From the NCBI GenBank assembly GCA_021846005.1, contig JAJZIZ010000001.1:1-32409 (forward strand): 32,409 nucleotides of DNA, written 5' to 3'. Position 1 is the stretch's first letter; each line of letters starts with the position of its first letter. Both the position numbers and the translations under genes were made by a program. This stretch comes from Candidatus Micrarchaeota archaeon (GTDB lineage: Archaea; Micrarchaeota; Micrarchaeia; Micrarchaeales; CABMGC01). Below the pieces are notes generated by a model, which was given only the letters and a program-made list of their open reading frames with translations, was not told the DNA's origin and ran no database searches. Shown in pieces: positions 1 to 9,364 of this stretch.

Positions 1-174
1 TTTATTGGCTCTTATATGAATTGCACTAATTATCATCAGCAGTTTTCTGGCTGCATCCAACATTGGATTGCATATTACTTCATGCAAAACCTTCTCCTGT
101 CCGCTCCGGCTGACTCCGCTGTCCGGTTTCTTACCTATGTCCTCGATGAATCTGACATTCTTGCTTATAGGCAT
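1..174 (-). CDS. 5' part of an ORF running off the left window edge, unknown function
   Basis: ATG at 174 (minus) opens a stop-free frame of 58 codons to position 1 (MPISKNVRFIEDIGKKPDSGVSRSGQEKVLHEVICNPMLDAARKLL...). It is under the 60-aa cutoff, so it is absent from the ORF track. A TTTAATAAAA TATA-like box lies about 25-34 nt upstream on the minus strand. No family recognised. Confidence 0.3.
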   Translation of the reverse strand, partial: MPISKNVRFIEDIGKKPDSGVSRSGQEKVLHEVICNPMLDAARKLLMIISAIHIRANK

Positions 175-225
175 AATTCTACTTATAATAACTTTTGTTT
201 TATTAAAAGATAAGAGGAGGAGATA

Positions 226-774
226 ATGGAATTGACAAGAGCCTACAAATTCAGAATCTATCCTGATGCCACAAGGCAGGAAGAAATAGATGAAAGGCTA
301 ATCCTCGCACAGCATTTGCACAAACTTACAGACATTCTCGTCAATTCAGGATACATTTCATTAGCAGTGGAAGATCTCCGTATACAAAATATGGTGAAGA
401 ACCACCGCCTCGCACAGTCAATCCAGAACGCTTCATGGAATAGGTTCATCCAATTCCTTTCATACAAGGCTGAATGTGCTGGTATGAAGGTAATGAAGGC
501 AGATGCGAGGAATACATCAAAGGAATGCAGTAATTGTGGCAACATTCAGGAGATGCAGCTCTCGGAAAGAACATACAACTGCCAGAAATGCGGATTGCAG
601 ATGGACAGGGACATAAACGCATCAATAAACATACTCAAAAGAGCTACCCTCGGACAGAGGGAAAGTCACGCTCAGGGAGAGAATCGTCAATACATTCCAA
701 CAGGAAATGCAAACGGACTCGAAGAACTGAGAACCGATAAAACACATCCTTTGCAGGATGCAGTGATTGCATGA
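226..774 (+). pseudogene. tnpB: TnpB (IS200/IS605 OrfB family) relic with a large internal in-frame deletion
   Basis: It has the TnpB N-terminal signature (ELTRAYKFRIYP) fused directly to the C-terminal third. That third carries RuvC-II (LAVEDL), a zinc finger (CSNCG...CQKCG) and RuvC-III (DRDINASINILKRA). At 182 aa it is well short of the ~370-450 aa typical of TnpB. The WED/REC region and the RuvC-I Asp are missing. A strong SD (GAGGAGG) precedes the ATG. Confidence 0.75.
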
Positions 775-802
775 ATGCTGAGGAAGTTCACACTGTTTAC
801 TG

Positions 803-1537
803 GTGGGGGGATGTCACTTGATAATAGATACTCATGTACATATAGGTCTTGATAAAGACGGCAGCTCACAGACTATCGATGAACTCAAGGCAAGCATGGC
901 CGGATGCGGCATAGACGCGTCTGTTGTATTTCCTTTTGATGTTGATGGAGACCTTGTCTCTGCAAGCAGGGAACTTCTTAAATACAAATCAAATTCAATA
1001 CTTCCTTTCTTAAGGTTTGATCCAAACGCTATAACTGCAGAGGAGGTCAAAAAACTGCTTGAAAATGATGACTTTGCTGGGGTCAAGCTCCACCCGAGGT
1101 CTCAAAATTTCGACCCGCTTGATAAAAAATTCTACCCTATCTTCCGCGAGATAGAGGATTCCGGGAAGCCTCTCATAATACACACCAGGAAAGAAACGAC
1201 TCCATATTCAGATCCTGACAGGGTTGTATGTCTCGCAGACGATTTCCATGAAATGAATATCATAATAGGACATTTTGCCTTTGTTTCCCAACCTGCAATT
1301 GAAAAAATCCAATCTCACGAGAATCTTTTCCTAGAAACATCAGTGGTATCAAGCAACGTGGTGATAAGGCTGCTAGCCAGGAAGCTCGGAGCCCGCAAAA
1401 TCCTCTTCGGCTCGGATTCTCCCATGTCAGACCAAGAAATAGAACTGCTTAAGATAAAAAAATCCGGATTAGATGAAAAGGAAAAGGAGATGATCCTATC
1501 TGGAAATCTTCTTTCCCTTCTAAATTCAAAAATCTAG
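803..1537 (+). CDS. metal-dependent amidohydrolase (TIM-barrel hydrolase family)
   Basis: N-terminal IIDTHVHIG metal-binding motif, a later H..H/D pattern and ~240 aa length. The likely real start is TTG at 818 (MIIDTHVH), preceded by a GGTGGGGGG SD-like run. Confidence 0.7.
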   Translation: MGGCHLIIDTHVHIGLDKDGSSQTIDELKASMAGCGIDASVVFPFDVDGDLVSASRELLKYKSNSILPFLRFDPNAITAEEVKKLLENDDFAGVKLHPRSQNFDPLDKKFYPIFREIEDSGKPLIIHTRKETTPYSDPDRVVCLADDFHEMNIIIGHFAFVSQPAIEKIQSHENLFLETSVVSSNVVIRLLARKLGARKILFGSDSPMSDQEIELLKIKKSGLDEKEKEMILSGNLLSLLNSKI

Positions 1538-2910
1538 GCGGTTCTGAATATGTGCTCGTGCACAAAGGCCTGAACAAAATCCTCTTCGGGCAAGCTTCTT
1601 GCCTTCAGCTCAGAAAATCTCATTCTTGTCTTAACTGCATGGTTCATTCCTTCTTCCAACGCATGGTGCATAGGCCGCAGGTAACGCGCATCGCTTTTCT
1701 CAAGTCCTCTCGCCGCAATCTTAAGCATATCATAGGATACCTCCTTTATTGGAACAGACCCCATACTGGCATCAAGCCCGTTGGTTATCGCATCTGACCT
1801 CGCCATTTTTATTTCGGAATCAGAATATTTTTCTAAATATTTTCCAGCTTCCCCGTTACTATTCCGGAGTCCAAGCGCAAGAGCATTTATCGCCATCAGC
1901 CATTTCAAAGAAGGTTGGAACGCAGGTGCCCTCAATTCAACGGTTCCATATCCTGTAAGCCGCGCATCAGTCCATACGGTTCCAAGCATTGTCACAAAAT
2001 CTTCAATTCCTGGTTTTATTGCAGAAGGGAGTCCTGTAGCAATATCTATTGTGTTTGCGTGTCCGGCTTCGCAAAGCTGGGAAAAAGACCTATACTCACT
2101 GTCAAAATACATATAATTATCCTGCCTTTTTGCGAAAATAGGCTTGAAACTTGATATTCTGGAATACCATTTCTGAAGCGTGGCAAAACGTTCAGGAACT
2201 CCAACCCTGTCGCCTTCTATGATATTGTTATTGGCCATCGCATCCCAGGCTGTTCCCCTGAACTCCTGATGCCTGTCAATATTACCTTCAAGAATTGTGG
2301 AGTTTGCAGTCAGGGCTATTATTGCCGGAGAAAATCCTATCATAGTGTTTAAGGTTCCTATGGCATTCTCCCTTGAAACATCCAGATGAATCTGCGAAGC
2401 TGCAGTCACTGTCATGTTTATCAGGTCATCACCAAAATAACCTACAAGATAAGAATATCTCTGTTTCGGCATCATATTCTCAAAACTGCGTTTCTGGAAA
2501 GGCTGGATCCCCAGACCTAACACTGCGATTCCTGCCATATCTGCAGCTTCAAGGACCATAGCGAACCTGCGCCTCAGTCTCTCTTCGTTAGCAGGAAGGC
2601 TCGCCTCGGGCTTTAGTCCAAGTTCCATAATTCCTATAGGCATGTCTGTGGTAACCTCTTCCCTAAATCCGCTCTCTGTATTCACCACTGAAGTTAAGTA
2701 ATCGCGGCTCTTCCTGCCATCAACTAAGAGTATCTCTGATACAGGTTTCCAGCCTTTCTCGATTCTTAGTATCGCATCCAACATTGACGATATATTTTCC
2801 AAGGAAGGCTGCCTGCCCGAGTTCTTCATCACCAGCGGCGCTTCTACCTCCTGCCCAGTCTTATCGCCTGGTTTCAGCCTGGCTTCATATTGTTTATATA
2901 TTGTATTCAT
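1534..2910 (-). CDS. glutamate-cysteine ligase family 2 / carboxylate-amine ligase-like protein
   Basis: 458-aa ORF with motifs recalling the GCS2/YbdK family (GIQPF, RYSYL, SQIHLDV, ALTANSTILEG). Its end overlaps the convergent amidohydrolase end by 4 nt. Confidence 0.5.
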   Translation of the reverse strand: MNTIYKQYEARLKPGDKTGQEVEAPLVMKNSGRQPSLENISSMLDAILRIEKGWKPVSEILLVDGRKSRDYLTSVVNTESGFREEVTTDMPIGIMELGLKPEASLPANEERLRRRFAMVLEAADMAGIAVLGLGIQPFQKRSFENMMPKQRYSYLVGYFGDDLINMTVTAASQIHLDVSRENAIGTLNTMIGFSPAIIALTANSTILEGNIDRHQEFRGTAWDAMANNNIIEGDRVGVPERFATLQKWYSRISSFKPIFAKRQDNYMYFDSEYRSFSQLCEAGHANTIDIATGLPSAIKPGIEDFVTMLGTVWTDARLTGYGTVELRAPAFQPSLKWLMAINALALGLRNSNGEAGKYLEKYSDSEIKMARSDAITNGLDASMGSVPIKEVSYDMLKIAARGLEKSDARYLRPMHHALEEGMNHAVKTRMRFSELKARSLPEEDFVQAFVHEHIFRTA

Positions 2911-3283
2911 TTTGTCATCAAATTTCTTATCAAATCAGAAAGGTATGCAATATTTTCGTTTGAACAGCATATGCTGCTAAAGCGTCAAAGCAACGTGCGT
3001 GCCAAAATTAGTGTGCTGGAATCAAATTCCGGAATAAGGAAAATTCTCTCTTTTGCTTTCTTTGTAATGCCAACACCAGATTTTTTTGGTTGTGATTAGA
3101 TATATATGTGTTTTCTGGAGATTTTCCTGTGAACCAGCTTGCTTTGCGTCTACAAAATTTACAAAATAATCCTCAAAGTAGCATATGCCTCGACATTTTC
3201 TCCCTTCCTCGTTATATGTTACTCTCGGAGCCACGAGGATAAATATAAAAAGATATCAGTAGTAGGTTATATTGGTGAATTTG

Positions 3284-3523
3284 ATGGCAGAAAGAATATC
3301 AGATGAGAAAATTTCAAGGGAGGATGGATATCTATACTTCCTTGGAAAGGACGGATACGTCTGGAGAACACCTATGAAGAACAATCCTCGCGGAAGAAAG
3401 AGAAAAGAAGGAAGCGAGAAGATTAAGAGGGAAGAAGGATTCCTCTATTTCATAGACAAGAACGGATACGTCGCAAGAACAAAGATGAACAGAAAGGGAA
3501 GAATGAGGAGAAAGAGGAGATAA
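3284..3523 (+). CDS. small highly basic protein made of two tandem repeats
   Basis: ATG at 3284 has a GGTGA SD 5 nt upstream; the track start at 3272 is TTG. Two ~32-aa repeats: ISREDGYLYFLGKDGYVWRTPMKNNPRGRKRK and IKREEGFLYFIDKNGYVARTKMNRKGRMRRKR. About 30% of residues are K/R. Confidence 0.6.
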   Translation: MAERISDEKISREDGYLYFLGKDGYVWRTPMKNNPRGRKRKEGSEKIKREEGFLYFIDKNGYVARTKMNRKGRMRRKRR

Positions 3524-3600
3524 ACTCTCCTTTATTTCTTGGCATTTATTTTATTTAAGCCATCTTCTTCTAATTGACTTTTTTACAGCGCTTATTGAAA

Positions 3601-4323
3601 TCAGAAAGTCTCAACCTTTGGCCAATCCGCCCTTGACAGGTCCCTTCTCTGATAAGAACTCTCAACGAAAACTATCCTGCTGAGGATTGTGAAAATGGTA
3701 TCAAGTATGAGCAGGACTATTATATAAATATAATAATTGGGCGCGCCGGTATTTACTGTGCCTATATATTCAAAAACGAAAAGCGCAATAGCTATGAAAA
3801 TCACAATCACTGCAAATGCCAATCCGGCTCCCGAATTGCGAAGAACCACTATCCCTGAAATGATTCCGCCCGCAACAACGAACAGGTTTATCAGGTTTAT
3901 CTCGGTGCTGAGATTGAGCTGAAGCAGAAATGAATAAATACCGACTCTCTCTGCCTGGCTTATGATACTGTTTACTTGCGGGTATGTATGGTAAAGTATG
4001 AAAAGCGAACTTGCAATAAAAAGAATCGCGGCTATATATGTAAACCTGTTTGGGCCTACTTTGAACCTGCTTTTGGGAATCGGTGCCTTGCCCAGGTCTT
4101 CAAGACAATATTCCTTGCCTTCGTATCTTACCAAGTCCGGATAGCAGAAATACTGGCCGCAATATGCGCATTTCGCATAGGCATCACGCCATGGATGGTT
4201 TGTGCACATCTGCCCCTTTGGCACGTTGCCCTCCTTCGGTTCAGAAACCTCTGGCACAGTAGCATTAGGGATCTGGTATTGTGACTGCTCCCCGCTGTCC
4301 TGCACAACTGACTCGAAGCCCAC
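3601..4323 (-). CDS. integral membrane protein with an N-terminal Cys/His-rich zinc-finger (B-box-like) module
   Basis: The motif CTNHPWRDAYAKCAYCGQYFCYPDLVRYEGKEYCLEDL is followed by about 4 hydrophobic helices. Confidence 0.6.
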   Translation of the reverse strand: MGFESVVQDSGEQSQYQIPNATVPEVSEPKEGNVPKGQMCTNHPWRDAYAKCAYCGQYFCYPDLVRYEGKEYCLEDLGKAPIPKSRFKVGPNRFTYIAAILFIASSLFILYHTYPQVNSIISQAERVGIYSFLLQLNLSTEINLINLFVVAGGIISGIVVLRNSGAGLAFAVIVIFIAIALFVFEYIGTVNTGAPNYYIYIIVLLILDTIFTILSRIVFVESSYQRRDLSRADWPKVETF

Positions 4324-4386
4324 TGCCTGCTGCCCCGAAAGAGAATCAGTTTGGTTCAGGGCAGCATCATCAGATATCTAAAGCAC

Positions 4387-4623
4387 CTACTCGAACTTGT
4401 TTGCTGAGTGGCGCTCCGCTTCCCTCGCTTTTCTTTCGAATATGCCTCTATGTTTCGCGCAGCTTATGCAATAGTACACCTTCCTTTTTGTCATGAACCT
4501 TACGTTGCTCATGCTGCTGGGTTCGGTTCCGTATCTTATCATCTTTTCGTAAACTATGCCCTTGCTTCTAGGGACTCTTCTTCCACAGCTGTCGCAGACG
4601 ACTTGTGATTCGCTTCCTCGCAT
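4387..4623 (-). CDS. rps26e: ribosomal protein eS26
   Basis: CDSCGRRVPRSKGI and YYCISCAKHRGI match the conserved eS26 pattern (C..C...VPKDKAI ... YCVSCAIH). The C-terminus is basic. Confidence 0.7.
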   Translation of the reverse strand: MRGSESQVVCDSCGRRVPRSKGIVYEKMIRYGTEPSSMSNVRFMTKRKVYYCISCAKHRGIFERKAREAERHSANKFE

Positions 4624-4789
4624 AAGAATACCTGCATTACAATGTATACCAAATAATATCCATGATAAGATTATTAGATGCGTAGGTAGTCTTTCTATAT
4701 CGCGTCTTTCTTACGGTCTGTTGGGGTTCAAAGTATCATATTTATTTATTTTGCCATCTCATAGAAGATCAAGAACAAAAGGCCCTCTA

Positions 4790-5362
4790 ATGAAGATACT
4801 TGCGATAAGCAACATAAGCGGCGCTGTAGAGCGGGTAGCTGACATGTTCGAAAATACTAACGCAAGCGTCATGGCAAAAGAGGAGGCCAATGACATCGCA
4901 GGCATAAGGGACAAAATATCTGCCGCTTTTTCCAAGGGAATTTACGATTATGCGGTTGTGGTGGTTGAGGATTACATATCCGCAACTGCAATCCTGAATA
5001 AATCAGATGAGATAACTGCCGCTGTTTTTGATTCTGAAGATGACATGGCATTCCTGAATGGCAGCAAGGTCAATACGCTTATAATAAAAGCCTCAAGAAA
5101 AACCCTGACTTTTCTGGGAATACTTACTAACGTACATGCCTCCTCAGGCAGAAAATCCGAAGCTTCATCAACGGCAAAAGCCGAAAAGCTCGCGGAGAAG
5201 AACACAAATACGCACGAGTGGTTTCCCATACATATGGCTCATGTGCCATCAAAGGAAATCTCCAAGCCCAAGCAGTCAGCCGGTGGGGATGAGCCTCCGA
5301 TGGCGGGAAGAAAAGGCATTATGGGCAAGCTCAAGGACAGCCTCGGCATAATTGACGAATGA
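4790..5362 (+). CDS. hypothetical protein
   Basis: The internal ATG at 4790 (MKILAISNISG...) is the plausible start. The upstream part of ORF 4556-5362 overlaps the eS26 gene and promoter region. It weakly resembles an RpiB/LacAB-like fold, which I do not rely on. The C-terminal half is low-complexity. Confidence 0.45.
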   Translation: MKILAISNISGAVERVADMFENTNASVMAKEEANDIAGIRDKISAAFSKGIYDYAVVVVEDYISATAILNKSDEITAAVFDSEDDMAFLNGSKVNTLIIKASRKTLTFLGILTNVHASSGRKSEASSTAKAEKLAEKNTNTHEWFPIHMAHVPSKEISKPKQSAGGDEPPMAGRKGIMGKLKDSLGIIDE

Positions 5363-5446
5363 ATCGCCAATTCAGCCCCGAATCCGCATCCCGGCATCCT
5401 AAGGCTCTGTAAAACCCATAAATACTTTGTCATACAATTTTTATGC

Positions 5447-5770
5447 ATGGATCCAGAATGCAGGATAATATCAAAGGAGATACTTCCGGCCGTAAGGGCA
5501 TCAGTCGCACAGACAATGATTTCCGAATATAATTACTGCCAGAGAGAAATAGCAGAGAAGCTCGGCGTCGTCCAGGTATCCGTAAGCAAATACATAAACA
5601 AGAAATACTCGAAGGAAATAAGTGAGATAGTGGGTTATATAAAAGGAAAGAGGCTCGAAGGCAAAGTAATAGAATCCATAGTGAGCGGAAAGCCTACTGC
5701 AGAGATAAGCGAAGAGCTGGACAGCCTGTGCGGCGAGATAGCCGATTCTTCATACTACAAAAAAATTTAA
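5447..5770 (+). CDS. small HTH-domain transcriptional regulator
   Basis: Helix-turn-helix segment QREIAEKLGVVQVSVSKYINKK. Size and layout resemble small archaeal predicted regulators. Confidence 0.55.
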   Translation: MDPECRIISKEILPAVRASVAQTMISEYNYCQREIAEKLGVVQVSVSKYINKKYSKEISEIVGYIKGKRLEGKVIESIVSGKPTAEISEELDSLCGEIADSSYYKKI

Positions 5771-5780
5771 TGGTGTCAAA

Positions 5781-7049
5781 ATGCCAGAAGAACTAGATCC
5801 ATTCAAGATAAGCCAGCAGCAGCTCGATTCGGCCGCAGAGGTCATGAATCTTGACAAGACTGCCCACGAGATTCTCAGGGAGCCCATGCGCACAATCTCC
5901 ACAAGCATTCCCGTAAAGATGCGTGACAGCTCAACCGAAGTCTTTCAGGGCTTCAGGGTTCAGTATAATGATGCAAGAGGCCCTGGCAAAGGGGGCATAA
6001 GGTTCCATCCCGGGGAAAACCTCAACACAGTCAAGGCGCTATCCGCATGGATGACCTGGAAATGCTCGCTGGCCAACATACCATTCGGCGGAGCAAAAGG
6101 CGGAGTAATATGCGATACCAAGAAGATGAATGATATTGAACTTGAAAATCTTTCCAGAGGATACATTCGCGCTCTTGGCAGGTTCATAGGTCCAAAGCTC
6201 GACGTCCCGGCTCCTGACGTATACACCAATCCACAAATAATGGCCTGGATGATGGACGAATACAGCAAGCTTGCCGGACATAATGAATTCGGCATGATAA
6301 CTGGAAAGCCCCTCGAGGTCTGGGGCTCCGAAGGCAGATTTGATTCCACTGCAATGGGCGGCATGTATGTGCTCAGGGAGGCGGCGAAGCTCAGGAAGCT
6401 TAAGATAAAAGACGCCAAGATAGCCATACAGGGATTCGGCAATGCTGGAAAATTTGCATTCGAGCTTTCAAAGAAGCTCGGCGCTAAAGTTGTAGCCATA
6501 AGCGATTCAAGCGGCGGAGTTTACTCCGAAAACGGCCTGGACTACGACAAGCTCTCCAAGGCCAAGGAAGAAACCGGCGAGCTGCACGGCTATGACGGCA
6601 AGAAATACGAGCAGGTATCAAACAGCGAGCTTCTTGAGCTTGACGTAGATGTGCTTATACCTGCCGCAATAGAGAACCAGATAACAAAAGGGAATGCCGA
6701 TAAGATAAAGGCAGATATAGTCCTGGAGCTTGCAAACGGCCCTGTGACTCCTGCCGCAGACCAGATCCTATTCGAGAAAGGCGTTCTTGACCTTCCCGAC
6801 TTCCTGGTCAACTCCGGAGGTGTCATTGTCTCGTATTTCGAATGGGTGCAGAATACTCAAAACTATTATTGGACAGAAGAAGAGGTCTACTCGAAGCTCG
6901 ACGGCATCATAACCAAATCATTCAAGGATGTCTTTGCAACACAGGATGCCTACAAATCCCAGAAGAAAAAGATAAGCCCAAGGACGTCGGCATATATCGT
7001 GGCTGTGGACCGTGTCGCAAAGGCGATGAAGACAAGGGGCTGGTATTGA
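5781..7049 (+). CDS. gdhA: glutamate dehydrogenase (Glu/Leu/Phe/Val dehydrogenase family)
   Basis: Catalytic motif PFGGAKGG, dinucleotide fold GFGNAG, ~420 aa and a typical N-terminal ELFV dimerisation region. Confidence 0.95.
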   Translation: MPEELDPFKISQQQLDSAAEVMNLDKTAHEILREPMRTISTSIPVKMRDSSTEVFQGFRVQYNDARGPGKGGIRFHPGENLNTVKALSAWMTWKCSLANIPFGGAKGGVICDTKKMNDIELENLSRGYIRALGRFIGPKLDVPAPDVYTNPQIMAWMMDEYSKLAGHNEFGMITGKPLEVWGSEGRFDSTAMGGMYVLREAAKLRKLKIKDAKIAIQGFGNAGKFAFELSKKLGAKVVAISDSSGGVYSENGLDYDKLSKAKEETGELHGYDGKKYEQVSNSELLELDVDVLIPAAIENQITKGNADKIKADIVLELANGPVTPAADQILFEKGVLDLPDFLVNSGGVIVSYFEWVQNTQNYYWTEEEVYSKLDGIITKSFKDVFATQDAYKSQKKKISPRTSAYIVAVDRVAKAMKTRGWY

Positions 7050-7055
7050 CCAGGC

Positions 7056-7104
7056 GCAGAAATCTAATTTCTGCAATCCTGCTGTTTTTTCAGGAGGCAG
7101 CAGG
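7056..7104. terminator. two adjacent hairpins between convergent gdhA and top6B
   Basis: GCAGAAAT-cta-ATTTCTGC (7056-7074). CCTGCTG-13 nt-CAGCAGG (7078-7104) contains a T6 run. Confidence 0.4.
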
Positions 7105-7152
7105 TTACAAACCTGAATCATCCAATATTCGGAGCGAAAGCCGCTGCTAAAT

Positions 7153-8826
7153 TCATTCTTCATCTTTCTCTTCTTTTTCCTGCTTTTCGCTAATTTCCCC
7201 TTCCTGGTTTTCCTCGTCTCTTTCCGAAATGCTGAATCTTTCCTCAACCAGTTTCTTCAGGTTCTTCTCTATCTCCTCCTTCTTCACTCCTGTTATGTCG
7301 CTAAGGTCTCCCGAAAGCTGGCTGACATATCTCATTATTGTCTTGTATCTGGTCTCCCTGAGGTTCTGGTTCCTTATCCCGCTTAGATATCTCTGCAATG
7401 CCCTGGCGCAGTCCTGCACAGCGAGTTTTATCTCGTCAATTATCTCTTCCTCTTGTGACACTGCCTGTTTTCCAACCCCTGAATAAGGAACGTAGACGCT
7501 CGAGACATTTACGAAAACGCTTATCGGCTCCTCGTCGAAATTGGATATTGCATATCTCTTCCAGTCTATGGCCTTCGCCGCGTCGGTTATGGCGCAGTTT
7601 GACGCATCGAAAAGCAGAGGCACCTTATTCGCAAATCTCAATATATTCCCTTCAGCCGCACCCTGCACTCCGTCCTCTGTTGACAGTTCCTCTTTCTGCT
7701 TGGCGGTAAGTTCCTTGCTCTTTCCTGCACTTCCCCCATAAGCTATGCCTGCCTCTACGACAAATGGGATGCCGCCTCTGAAGACTTTGGGTTTCCTTTC
7801 AACTACCTTGACGAACTCGGGATTGAGTATGTTCCTGATTGCAACCTCTATCTGGCTCTCCCCTATCTCTGACATGGAGTCCATTTCCGGCACCATCCAT
7901 TTTATCTCTTTGAATGCTTTCACTAATTTTTCCGCAATGTCCCATGAGAGATCTCGCGGTTCCGAATTGAAATCCACATCCTTGACCAAGTCCCTGAGTT
8001 CATCTATCTTTCCAGAAGTAACTCTCGAAAGGCTTTCCTGCAGGAAGACGCTGAGCTTCCGGCTCTCGCTTCTGTGTGCAAATTCCAGAAGATCATTGGT
8101 TGTAATTCCTAGCGGGTGCGGCTTTATCTCCCTGGCTTTTTTAGGCAACTCATTGGTTGCTCTCAGAAAGACTGACTCACTGCCCTGCGGATCCACCAGT
8201 ACTATTGACATGTGGGGGTTGGATAGCGCAGTCCTTTTTATGTATTCGTAAACACCATGGTCGCTATTCTCATACTTGACGTCTCCGAATTCCCCGTATA
8301 TCTCGGTGCCGATCATGTCGCCTTCTATTTTGTTCTGATTTTCCACAAGAGGCTTGTTCGTCTTTATGTCTATTGTTATGTCGCATTCGTATTTTTCCCT
8401 TGTCGTGCCAGATACCAGGTGCACTGACTTTCCGGTGGTTATCTTGGAATAGAGCGTGCATCCGGCAGCGCCGATACCCTGCTGGCCCCTCTGCTGCTTA
8501 TACCTGTGGAATTTAGTGCCTGCCAGAACAGTGGCGAATGCCTTTCCAGCTATCTTGCTTGGGATTCCAGGCCCATTGTCCGAAACCCTGACTGAGTATT
8601 TGTTCTCTCCAAGCTCCTTTATTTCCACCTTTATGTCTGGAAGTATCTCCGCCTCTTCGCACGCATCAGCAGAATTTGTAAGGTATTCGTGCACAATTGT
8701 AGTAAGGGATCTGACCTTGCCCGAGTATCCAAGCATCTGTGCATTCCTTCTGAAAAACTCCGATATGGAATGCTCCTTGAATTCCTTGAATATCTCATCC
8801 GCATTTTGTTTTGGTCCTGCCATCAT
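7153..8826 (-). CDS. top6B: DNA topoisomerase VI subunit B
   Basis: GHKL ATPase N-terminus (SISEFFRRNAQMLGY, EYLTNSADA, DNGPGI), transducer region, ~557 aa and an acidic C-terminal tail. Confidence 0.9.
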   Translation of the reverse strand: MMAGPKQNADEIFKEFKEHSISEFFRRNAQMLGYSGKVRSLTTIVHEYLTNSADACEEAEILPDIKVEIKELGENKYSVRVSDNGPGIPSKIAGKAFATVLAGTKFHRYKQQRGQQGIGAAGCTLYSKITTGKSVHLVSGTTREKYECDITIDIKTNKPLVENQNKIEGDMIGTEIYGEFGDVKYENSDHGVYEYIKRTALSNPHMSIVLVDPQGSESVFLRATNELPKKAREIKPHPLGITTNDLLEFAHRSESRKLSVFLQESLSRVTSGKIDELRDLVKDVDFNSEPRDLSWDIAEKLVKAFKEIKWMVPEMDSMSEIGESQIEVAIRNILNPEFVKVVERKPKVFRGGIPFVVEAGIAYGGSAGKSKELTAKQKEELSTEDGVQGAAEGNILRFANKVPLLFDASNCAITDAAKAIDWKRYAISNFDEEPISVFVNVSSVYVPYSGVGKQAVSQEEEIIDEIKLAVQDCARALQRYLSGIRNQNLRETRYKTIMRYVSQLSGDLSDITGVKKEEIEKNLKKLVEERFSISERDEENQEGEISEKQEKEEKDEE

Positions 8827-9320
8827 ACCGCCTCTGAACTCCTTCTCATTCTTTCCATTATGTTATACGCCTTTTTATGTGTTCCACCTTCCACGAGTAC
8901 CTGCAGCGCAGCGCTCGCTATCCTGAGCTGTTCAATCGTGCCGATCATGCCCACCGTATTCCCGTATATCGACAATTTCACGCCGCTTACTTCTTCTATG
9001 TAAAGTTTGGTCTTGCCCTCCTTGCCTATCATCCTGGCCCTGATTCTCTGCCTCTGTTCGTCATTCTTGAAGAAATCCTTAAGGTCGGTAAACTTGCAGA
9101 AGATATCCTCGTTAAGTAGCTTGTACGCTTCGTCTATCCCAAACCCTCTTCCATATGCCTGTATGACATTCCTTGCATTGTATTCATCATAAGCCTCTCC
9201 GGATATGGACACGTTGTTGCCGTCGATTATTTCCATCTTGCAGTTTAGCGTCTTGCTTACCTCTTTTATTATCTTGGATAAGCTCTCTGCCCTTTTCTCA
9301 GGTATAAGTATATGCTCCAT
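8823..9320 (-). CDS. KH-domain RNA-binding protein (aDim2/Pno1-like)
   Basis: Two KH-like modules including IGKEGKTK (GXXG loop). Size and layout match archaeal Dim2-like proteins. It has an ATGA overlap with the top6B start. Confidence 0.75.
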   Translation of the reverse strand: MEHILIPEKRAESLSKIIKEVSKTLNCKMEIIDGNNVSISGEAYDEYNARNVIQAYGRGFGIDEAYKLLNEDIFCKFTDLKDFFKNDEQRQRIRARMIGKEGKTKLYIEEVSGVKLSIYGNTVGMIGTIEQLRIASAALQVLVEGGTHKKAYNIMERMRRSSEAV

Positions 9321-9364
9321 GAAATCTATTACTCTGTTAAAACTTTATATAATGTGGCGTAAAA

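Noticed and set aside
16-213. 65-aa + strand ORF at the left edge.
   Set aside because: There is no SD, the composition is odd, and it overlaps a better-supported (still weak) minus-strand ORF with a TATA-like box. It is also upstream promoter space for the TnpB relic.
3022-3234. 70-aa GTG-initiated minus-strand ORF, and the overlapping + ORF 2890-3099, in the 360-nt gap upstream of the basic-protein gene.
   Set aside because: No SD or TATA sits at a sensible distance and no motif is recognisable. The gap more likely holds the divergent promoters and a 12-nt palindrome, CAGCATATGCTG, at 2965-2976.
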